DNA of 64,000 nt from an uncultured archaeon. Lineage in GTDB: Archaea; Nanobdellota; Nanobdellia; Pacearchaeales; GW2011-AR1. Positions 60,201 to 64,000 of the stretch are shown in pieces. The stretch lies in assembly GCA_903866625.1 (NCBI GenBank), contig CAIPOI010000008.1, forward strand, positions 2,652 to 66,651. Reading direction: 5' to 3'. Both the position numbers and the translations under genes were made by a program. Under the pieces are notes generated by a model. The model ran no database searches, was not told where the DNA came from, and saw nothing but the letters and a program-made list of their open reading frames with translations. The stretch's first letter is position 1. Every line of letters begins with the position of its first letter.

Positions 60201-62203
60201 AATACCGATGTGGAAATGGTATTTGTGAAACTGCTTATGGAGAAACTACTATTACTTGTTCTTTAGATTGTAGTTCTGAACAGACAAATAACACTACTAC
60301 CCAGAATAATAATGGTGGTGGAGGCGGCGGAGGCGGAGCTCCAAAAATTGATGGTTCAAAAAGTCTTAGTTTGAGTACACTTGAAATATCTGAAGAGTTA
60401 AGAGTACACGACTCCGCAAATAGAAGCATAACTGTTTCCAATCCTCAAACTACTTCTGTAGAAGCTAGTGTTACTCTTGATGGCGAAGCGGCTCTAATTG
60501 CTCAGGTTTATCCTACTAATTTAACTATTCCCCCTCTAAGCACCAGGGCAGTTACACTTATGATTTCTGCAGATAAAGAGGGATTTTATTCTGGGGAGAT
60601 AACTATTAAATCTGCTACGAGTGAACTAAAAGTTCCTGTTAAAATTTTAGTTAGGGGAAATAGTGATAAACTAATGGACTTAAATGTTCAGATTGATAAT
60701 AAGAAAGTTGCAAAGGGTGAAGATTTGGATTTTAGATTAGCGGCATTTAATTTGGGGAAACTTTCAAGATATGATATTAATATTAGATATGAAGTTATAG
60801 GTAGTGATAATAAGACTTATGCTTCTCAACAGGAAGCAATTGCTATAGAAACTTCATTAAATCTTGTTCGAAGTATAGCCATTCCAAGAGATATGCCCCT
60901 TGGATCTTCTTCTTTGGTTGTAACTGCATTTTACGACGAGAATAGTGCTAAATCTGTTTCTTCATTTGAGGTTGTTAAGCCCGAGTTTACAATGAACCTG
61001 CCCGCGATAATAAAAGAAGGACTGCCATTGTTTATGACCGCTATTTTATTAATCTTTTTTGCGGTTGTTGGCTACTATTATTTTACTTTCATGAGAAAAA
61101 AATTGTTTGAAAAGGAGATGGAGGAGATAAAAAAGAAGAGTATATATAAATTCCCTGATTTTGATTTACTTCCAAAATCTCATTTTGCGTATATTGGTTT
61201 AATTGCGGATACAAAAGTAAAGACTTATTTGGATTATACTCAGTTGAATAGACATACACTTATAGCTGGTGGAACTGGAAGCGGTAAAACTATTTCTGGG
61301 ATGGTAATTGCAGAAGAACTATTAAGAAGAGATCAGACTGTAATTGTATTTGATCCGGTTGGACAGTGGAGTGGATTTTTTAATAAAGATGGTGATAAGA
61401 TGATGCTCAGCAAGTTCAGAAAATTCGGCATGAGTTCAGCTAGGTCCTTTGGTGGAAAAGTTATTCAGATAACTAAAGATAGTATGAATCTTGATATTTT
61501 GAAATACATGAATACTGGAAAATTAACTATACTCAGAATGGATGCTTTGAAGCCAAATGAAGCAGATACTTTTATTGAGCAGTGCTTGGAAAAGATTTAC
61601 AGGGCAAATCTGTCTGAAGTTACTAGTTTGAAAAATCTTTTGGTATTAGACGAAGTTCATAGACTGCTTCCTAAATATGGCGGAAGAAAAGCTTATATGA
61701 AACTAGAACAAGCAGTTCGTGAGTTTAGAAAGTGGGGTATTGGACTTTTAATGATTTCACAGGTACTGACTGATTTTAAAGGTGCTATTAGGGGGAATAT
61801 TGGAACAGAAATACAGTTGTTCTCTAGATACGAGGGAGATATTAAAAGAGTTAGAGAAAGACATGGTTCGGATATTAGCAAATTAATACCTAAACTTCCA
61901 ATTGGTATTGGTATGGTTGAGGCTGGAGGATATAATCGTGGTAGTCCTTACTTCGTAGATTTTAGACCTATCTATCACTCTCCTTTGAAATTGACTGATA
62001 AAGAGTTAGCAAGATATGTTGATAAAAAACCTTATTTGAGTGCTATGCCGGCTAAAACTTCTAAGGGTCACGAAGCTAAAAGCGAAGGCAAATCTGAAGA
62101 TAGCAGGGAAGAAGCAAAGGAGGATAAATCAGAAAAGAAACCTGAACATAAGAAAACAGAACATCATCCAACTCCTCATACTTCTCATAAACATAAAAAG
62201 TAA
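51257..62203 (+). CDS. Giant two-pass membrane protein (~3648 aa): extracellular adhesin-like region fused to a C-terminal cytoplasmic HerA/FtsK-type P-loop ATPase
   Basis: Uninterrupted ORF (the track starts it at TTG 51239). ATG 51257 gives MVYKRYIKRGGKVFGPYYYESHRNSNGNVTTSYVKS, colinear with the N-terminus of giant protein 1. Order of elements: TM1, S/T-rich linker, sequon-rich repeats, EF-hand loop, Gly-rich solenoid, PbH1-type beta-helix, many Ig-like modules, poly-Gly, CARDB-like region, TM2, then Walker A/B ATPase. Confidence 0.85.
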   Translation: MVYKRYIKRGGKVFGPYYYESHRNSNGNVTTSYVKSKPKNNSINSLLMFVLVGLILFGIFYYFENSSNINSNLSNFKPLLHYSFTGNVIDEGGSDSSPSSSEASSTSDSSTASTSSTSSSDSSPSSDSSSISTETQTTEATPEAITEASTETQISEQITETSSPDSGSSDSSGAETTINSEYNETTPIEITQNDSINENNQTINETLEFVNSTLINETFTNETLINNTSLDETLINQTLTNQTWNNETLINETFYSANLTIQTKQYQAVINRPVKWIKIINVTNESAIDEILSEVRNISIDLPKEATEIQIKTGSDIEQSLSNAENYAEEFNQSVSKEDIAPGSMTGLVISESNNFGIITRVYNWLLGLFKSSQITGNVVEDQGSFEVQDQLIETSDSKSLDVAPLVQEIVNNISDNNSIAIEYTTPAPIAEENLTSQGKQITILSESEYNYTEILAYTLIDDVTGMQNIPINDTSKIKLYWYASTEDAKKYGYSEKSIEASEEFKIETLQINTSKSDEEINSNQEVLPKFEDNTSNNSEQIINSTIDNVASEPATLTAETQTTETTQETPTEDVANSEIAITGNVVASNEEPGMITKLVGGIMGITGNVIETSEDNLKNNSNSEATSETLETSNQNNLIKVEVSYNAYDLDGDGFVDYIEWVVPHLSTQTYQLILITKAEHLDSNRNSIEDIYNFVKSLDSSLFAVPNGDYIRAKFEKNLTIGKDMTLYANGSGVVRVYNENKNDSIGEFLINSENISEYKIYPNYTSSDTYDLGFMGNISVDYIVDPLTCPDAGGNWVVSNNYVLSTSVNCSTITIGNGVTLIINSTAAGNQSVNLSAFNITISAGGIINGNGTGYLGGLTGNPGTAGFGPGGGGYGTYGGGGASHASAGGAGSNGAANLTIYDSVTQPIMPGSGGGGIYTGRGTSGNGGSAIYLYLYDTLVNNGSIFVDGTSGNSGTTTYSGGGGGSGGSIFINASQVNGIGILSAAGGTGGATTRSSSGGGGGGSGGIISLIARDYDSYAGSLIVSSGSGYSGTVAGSVYRPASSTLGNVIIPSGQTTTWTLGNFTFNNFTLESGATLLVVNAASPSNCFGGIGGGSGPGVSSSGSGAGGGAGHGANGGAGSSAGGTGGASYDNSTWPSIIGSGGGGGSSTTTAMPTGGFGGGQIYLNVVNTANINGTLSADGTNALTGSNGGGGGGSGGSILLNSSNFIGSGTITAKGGNGSLYAGNTGGGGGAGGRLGIFFTTSQYTGTLTTANVAGGSVNHTSAVAGGTGTLSISDFIAPTIVYDGTSENTSTTLTARNNIFVSATASDDISLASINITLYNSQGLTNYSVQTYVTNATNTYTYNFTNLVDGVYSFNATAKDSTGNSNSSGSRTVTIDYLSPNADYSTGTEIASSYLPRNYAFVNVSSTAPDVQNVTINLYNTSLVNSTLITSAPYQLNFTNLADGIYYFNATLKDPTHSNSTTTRTVTIDTISPQLTFAYPVSGTTYEVDVTNFSYNYIEANPASCWYSLNGGTTNTTITCGNNVTGLTASSGSNSWNLWMNDSAGHLTNSALTFTKNISRISFCRTLSDSGAYTVLNNISSVSGNCLTVNSNNVIIEGNGFTFSGDRVGDDYGVYINGRSNVTVQNFGNITNFAKGVGVISSSNCLVKNLSISSSTDHGIYVQWASTNTFRDLILNGNAGAGIYVNFYATLNNLINVTAQGNSGNGIGINDNSNNNTLTNCTVSGNSQSGVAILTSVGNTSINNLYSSSNLGSEIYDNSGNSKINYLRYENQYGKIEWTNTSDGNFLKNLGVEGSLILGQTLNITQSFIALATSSFSSSNISSSANITLYGVNTSTIRPVVYRNSSALCTSVSSPSCYNFTNLNVANPVFNISSWSNYTIIDLGSSYLGITINSPANTTYTTSNILVNLSVLNSSSTTFYNGSANNTYTTPASHSFGQGSTNLLVYATDGYGNYNDANVVFFVDSILPQITIVSPSVNSYYNSPTTATMTYVETNPASCWYSLNGGINTSFVCNNNISGMNPVEGLNSLIIWMNDTLGNKNSSSVSFYKDTTPPQITITQPSSLTSTSTSINVEFSSSDSGVGVSSRWFNDGVNNISYSTPTTATLGQGNTTIILYSNDSLNNLNSTSLNVFVDSIAPAVSFIYPLNVSSLTSNSFSLSYSASDTTLDDCYWSSNNGASNTTLASCSTNITSSWGQGWNNITLYANDSLGNIGSTNVVFFVDSIYPTITINSPNNDSDFGTNYFAVNVSAVDTNFNNITTRLYNSSLSLINTTSLSTTPFTISFVSLGDGIYYFNSTACDILGNCNSSETRKLYIDSGLPTLSLSSPSDNSYLNYTNVNYSLSVSDTTSGISNYSLNIYNSTSLVNQTTKTVGFRTNSLTDGINVTLNTGNYTWFYQAYDLAGNSNLSTNRTVIIDMVLPQINITYPVEGMLYASRPNTINYTTSDNFGVDKCWNTFDSRPLSCLGYVTGLSNVVAEGSNTWNIYTKDLAGNLNSTSVTFLVDTQAPRISFIDTTTATGNYSNVNYVYANLTASDTRYANATIYIYTPSELFYNLTSTETQFNLTKLMLQDDMYYLNASAWDLGGNSNSTETRRIMLDRNFPQISFGAGMLDNGSSFSSNSLFANISLDEQFTKNITFYLFEETTNSLVSSKTFTNSTNSTYFDTSEDGLYDVEVIAYDWVGHSNSTGNRTFYKDTIGPVFSGYKYNSNSSFAQVNITARDVPSGVDSVWAEILDSNNTSIGGYEFSRQAGDLYNGNYSVSITNITNIGDYRIQIYANDTGNATSNSSYYFDIYPTTSFRVNPNVTNSNVTYNFTFFGSGNDLGEINTSLSSNSTLKNREYDVSVNASDNSSIVFYNLTLGISSPNINIQQINNSIQSTPSLYKPLKVLAVELNNLTLGNGARIEMDYSGKFDSGDYPIINESQLTVHKCSSWSISSQTCSSDWIEVNGTTINTLAKKISFDVSGFSAYEITEYRCGNGICETAYGETTITCSLDCSSEQTNNTTTQNNNGGGGGGGGAPKIDGSKSLSLSTLEISEELRVHDSANRSITVSNPQTTSVEASVTLDGEAALIAQVYPTNLTIPPLSTRAVTLMISADKEGFYSGEITIKSATSELKVPVKILVRGNSDKLMDLNVQIDNKKVAKGEDLDFRLAAFNLGKLSRYDINIRYEVIGSDNKTYASQQEAIAIETSLNLVRSIAIPRDMPLGSSSLVVTAFYDENSAKSVSSFEVVKPEFTMNLPAIIKEGLPLFMTAILLIFFAVVGYYYFTFMRKKLFEKEMEEIKKKSIYKFPDFDLLPKSHFAYIGLIADTKVKTYLDYTQLNRHTLIAGGTGSGKTISGMVIAEELLRRDQTVIVFDPVGQWSGFFNKDGDKMMLSKFRKFGMSSARSFGGKVIQITKDSMNLDILKYMNTGKLTILRMDALKPNEADTFIEQCLEKIYRANLSEVTSLKNLLVLDEVHRLLPKYGGRKAYMKLEQAVREFRKWGIGLLMISQVLTDFKGAIRGNIGTEIQLFSRYEGDIKRVRERHGSDISKLIPKLPIGIGMVEAGGYNRGSPYFVDFRPIYHSPLKLTDKELARYVDKKPYLSAMPAKTSKGHEAKSEGKSEDSREEAKEDKSEKKPEHKKTEHHPTPHTSHKHKK
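51383..51448 (+). other. TM helix 1 of giant protein 2
   Basis: INSLLMFVLVGLILFGIFYYF, following the basic segment KSKPKNNS. Confidence 0.7.
51530..51790 (+). repeat. Ser/Thr-rich low-complexity linker (coding)
   Basis: GGSDSSPSSSEASSTSDSSTASTSSTSSSDSSPSSDSSSISTETQTTEATPE...SSPDSGSSDSSGAETT. Confidence 0.85.
51865..52017 (+). repeat. Degenerate tandem repeat rich in N-x-T/S sequons (coding)
   Basis: NETLEFVNSTLINETFTNETLINNTSLDETLINQTLTNQTWNNETLINETF. The DNA unit GAAACTCTAATCAAT recurs. Confidence 0.8.
53630..55110 (+). other. Gly-rich beta-solenoid-like region
   Basis: Periodic segments such as GGGGSGGSIFINAS, GGGGGGSGGIISLIA, GGGGGSGGSILLNSS, GGGGGAGGRLGIFF alternate with short hydrophobic strands. 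Confidence 0.55.
55960..56620 (+). other. Right-handed parallel beta-helix (PbH1/NosD-like) repeats
   Basis: NNVIIEGNGFTFSG, GVYINGRSNVTVQNFGNI, GVGVISSSNCLVKNLSI, HGIYVQWASTNTFRDLIL, AGIYVNFYATLNNLINVTA, NGIGINDNSNNNTLTNCTV, SGVAILTSVGNTSI: a ~22-aa periodicity. Confidence 0.65.
61022..61090 (+). other. TM helix 2 of giant protein 2
   Basis: LPLFMTAILLIFFAVVGYYYFTF, followed immediately by MRKKLFEKEMEEIKKK. The basic residues on the C-terminal side imply a cytoplasmic location for what follows. Confidence 0.7.
61150..62030 (+). other. HerA/FtsK-like (COG0433/DUF87-type) ATPase domain
   Basis: RHTLIAGGTGSGKT (Walker A codons at 61268-61291), VIVFDPVGQW, LLVLDEVHRL (Walker B at 61637-61654), EFRKWGIGLLMISQ (resembles the EGRKFG...SQ motif of HerA-type ATPases), IQLFSRYEGD. 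Confidence 0.7.
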
Positions 62204-62593
62204 TTATCTCCTTAACAAGGATCTTTGCTCAACTAATTCTTTTAAGAAAGCTTCTTTGAAAAGTTTTTCAATAATCTTATAGTTGTGTTCATTGAATTGG
62301 CAGAGAACCCACGCAAATCTATCTACTTTAATCATATCAGTATTTGCTACGTATCTTATTCTTTCTGAATCTGGACTTCCTACCTGAAGCCTTAGATGAT
62401 AGGGTTTTTTGAACTCTCTGAAAAACTTTTCAAGAGTCATATTTTCTTCATCTACTCTTTTTATACTACCTGGCGGGATTATATCAAAAAATCTTGTAGG
62501 ATTTAGCAGTTCTTGAGTAGTATACATTAACTCTAAAAATTTTTTATTTTTTTCTGAGCCAAATCTGTTTAAAGAATATTGCCCTATTTGCAT
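62204..62593 (-). CDS. Hypothetical protein downstream of aIF2-gamma
   Basis: 129-aa ORF lying 2 nt after the aIF2-gamma stop. Its stop codon abuts the stop codon of the convergent giant gene with no spacer. Confidence 0.5.
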   Translation of the reverse strand: MQIGQYSLNRFGSEKNKKFLELMYTTQELLNPTRFFDIIPPGSIKRVDEENMTLEKFFREFKKPYHLRLQVGSPDSERIRYVANTDMIKVDRFAWVLCQFNEHNYKIIEKLFKEAFLKELVEQRSLLRR

Positions 62594-62595
62594 TT

Positions 62596-63795
62596 CTATA
62601 ATAACTCTCCGAATCCAATAAGTCTCCAGTGATTATTAATGTTTCTTGCTAGTCCAATATTTTCAGATTTTATTGGAACTATTGGAATTCTAAGATGAAC
62701 TTCTGCAATATTATTTTTTATAGTCTTTATCATACCCACAGTTATACCTGTATTTACGCTTAACATTATTAACTCGCTTGGTTTTAGATTTTCAATTTTT
62801 AATTCTTCATTTGCCCCAAATACTTTTTCAAAAAGATTAAACTTTATTTTTATTTTTTCTACAATTTCCGGTAGCTCCCCTACTTTTGATGCAACACATC
62901 CAGAGAGTAAATCTGTTTTAGTCAAAATATTATCTAATTCTGTTCCTATTGCTAAACTTCCACCAGGTGTAGCACTTTGTATCGCATGATTGCCCCTGAA
63001 TATAGAGGTTATTTTTGTTTTAATTGTTTGATAGATAAATTGGTTGGCTTTTTTTTCATAACTTCCGGGTTTTATCTCTATTTCATCTCCAACTTTCAGT
63101 GCTCCTTGTTTTAAGACTCCGGCTATAACTCCCCCAGACATTTTGTTTATTTCTGTTCCTGGTTTGTTTATATCAAAACTTCTTGCTATTAGGAAAAGAG
63201 GCTTTGAAGTTGTATCTCTTTGAGGGATAGGTATTTTTAGTAGTTGCTCTTTTATGAGGTTTATATTTATATTTTGCTGAGCAGAAACAGGAATTATTAC
63301 TGCGTTTTCTGCAACACTTCCCTTAACAAAATCCTTTATTTCTTTATAACTCTTTAGTGCTTGTTCTTTTGTTACTAAATCTATTTTATTTTGAACTATA
63401 ATAATATTTTTTACATTTTTTGCTTTTAATGCTACAAGATGTTCTCTTGTTTGAGGTTTTATTCCCTCATTTGCAGCGATAACTAATATTGCAGCATCTA
63501 ACATTGCTGCTCCTGAGAGCATGGTAGCCATTAACATTTCATGCCCTGGGGCATCTACAAAACTAATATATCTTTTATTTTCACCATCGCCAATAATAGA
63601 TTCAGCGTAACCTAATTTTATAGTAATTCCTCTTTTCAATTCTTCAGAATGTGTATCTGCAAATTTTCCTGTTAACTTGTATAATAAAGTAGTTTTACCA
63701 TGGTCAATATGTCCTACTGTACCCACATTTAACATTGGAAGTTTTTCTATATCTAATTTTTCTTCTTTGATAGTTTTAGTTTCTTGTTTAGCCAT
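62596..63795 (-). CDS. eif2g: Translation initiation factor aIF2 gamma subunit
   Basis: NVGTVGHIDHGKTTL, DAPGHE, VQNKIDL. Domains II/III are present. 399 aa. Confidence 0.93.
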   Translation of the reverse strand: MAKQETKTIKEEKLDIEKLPMLNVGTVGHIDHGKTTLLYKLTGKFADTHSEELKRGITIKLGYAESIIGDGENKRYISFVDAPGHEMLMATMLSGAAMLDAAILVIAANEGIKPQTREHLVALKAKNVKNIIIVQNKIDLVTKEQALKSYKEIKDFVKGSVAENAVIIPVSAQQNININLIKEQLLKIPIPQRDTTSKPLFLIARSFDINKPGTEINKMSGGVIAGVLKQGALKVGDEIEIKPGSYEKKANQFIYQTIKTKITSIFRGNHAIQSATPGGSLAIGTELDNILTKTDLLSGCVASKVGELPEIVEKIKIKFNLFEKVFGANEELKIENLKPSELIMLSVNTGITVGMIKTIKNNIAEVHLRIPIVPIKSENIGLARNINNHWRLIGFGELL

Positions 63796-63832
63796 ATTTG
63801 TTTTAAAGAAGGGTTGTTTTTAAACCTATTTT

Positions 63833-64000
63833 TTAGAGTTTTCCTTTTGTTAGAAGAGTAATTATGTGGCTACGAATCGGTTCTCTATAGAAACTTGTGG
63901 GTTTTTTTAGTATTAAATCTGCATGCTCACATTTTAAATTTTGATAGCCACTTAATACGACTACCGGGATATTGGGGTTTGCTTCTTTTGATTGCTTGGC
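63833..64000 (-). CDS. Response-regulator receiver domain protein (C-terminal 55 codons; 5' part outside the window)
   Basis: My reverse translation: AKQSKEANPNIPVVVLSGYQNLKCEHADLILKKPTSFYREPIRSHIITLLTKGKL*. The IPVVVLSG...AD..L.KP pattern is the beta4-alpha4-beta5 region of CheY-like receivers. Confidence 0.5.
   Translation of the reverse strand, partial: AKQSKEANPNIPVVVLSGYQNLKCEHADLILKKPTSFYREPIRSHIITLLTKGKL

Noticed and set aside
60314-60337. Poly-glycine run (8 Gly) as a possible slipped-strand phase-variation site
   Set aside because: It is encoded by mixed codons (GGT GGT GGA GGC GGC GGA GGC GGA), not a homopolymer or a perfect short tandem repeat, so slippage is unlikely.
60990-61100. 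Possibility that giant gene 2 is really two genes (adhesin plus separate membrane ATPase)
   Set aside because: There is no in-frame stop, and no plausible internal promoter box or ATG context at the junction. The frame is continuous through TM2 into the Walker A motif. A sequencing or assembly error cannot be excluded from this sequence alone, so I flag it as a check rather than splitting the gene.
52031-62282. Track ORFs nested in or antisense to giant gene 2 (52031-52255, 53942-54196, 54513-54794, 57176-57463, 60235-60441, 61693-61881, 62040-62282)
   Set aside because: Same reasoning as for giant gene 1. The main frame has recognisable modules throughout, and the alternatives are compositional artefacts.
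1-64000. Search for rRNA genes, RNase P/SRP RNA, C/D-box sRNAs, CRISPR arrays and IS elements
   Set aside because: Apart from the three tRNAs there are no extended GC-rich structured islands. I found no convincing RUGAUGA...CUGA box pairs by eye, no repeat-spacer arrays, and no transposase-like ORFs. Absence by eye is not proof, and covariance-model scans would be needed.

Overview
AT-rich chromosomal window (about 30% GC by eye, not computed), almost certainly from a small-genome archaeon. The DPANN-like (Woesearchaeota/Pacearchaeota-type) assignment is an inference from gene content. Archaeal housekeeping markers are dense: pheS-pheT, archaeal UMP kinase, the rpoE'-spt4-S24e-S27ae cluster, ScpA, deoxyhypusine synthase, archaeosine TGT, Kae1, the L7Ae-S28e-L24e cluster, aIF2-gamma, and an intron-containing tRNA with a bulge-helix-bulge splice motif. 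Bacterial-type gyrB/gyrA are also present. I found three tRNAs: Trp-CCA, Glu-TTC and Ile-TAT (63-nt intron). I saw no rRNA, CRISPR array, transposase or integrase. The unusual part is 28.6-62.2 kb, a cell-surface island. It holds a type-IV-pilin-like protein carrying a LamG domain and a 2382-aa membrane-anchored Cys-rich/LamG/dockerin giant protein. It also holds two small anchored proteins (one with an internal PEP-CTERM-like motif), a MoxR-DUF58-VWA module, and Cys-motif membrane proteins. Its strongest feature is a ~3650-aa ORF with an N-terminal TM helix, a ~3200-aa extracellular adhesin-like region, a second TM helix, and a cytoplasmic HerA/FtsK-type (COG0433-like) P-loop ATPase with intact Walker motifs. 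I regard this adhesin-to-motor fusion as the best candidate for an undescribed host-contact or translocation system. Other observations: an 8-nt TATA-like box starts exactly 29 nt upstream of many ATGs, implying leaderless mRNAs, and I used it to correct several track start codons. A shared N-terminal hairpin-like motif occurs in both giants and in deoxyhypusine synthase. T-arm-derived repeats lie downstream of tRNA-Ile. A three-gene overlapping operon contains an unlisted AbrB-like ORF. Two small ORFs are wedged between gyrB and gyrA. All family assignments come from motif recognition by eye; no searches were run.
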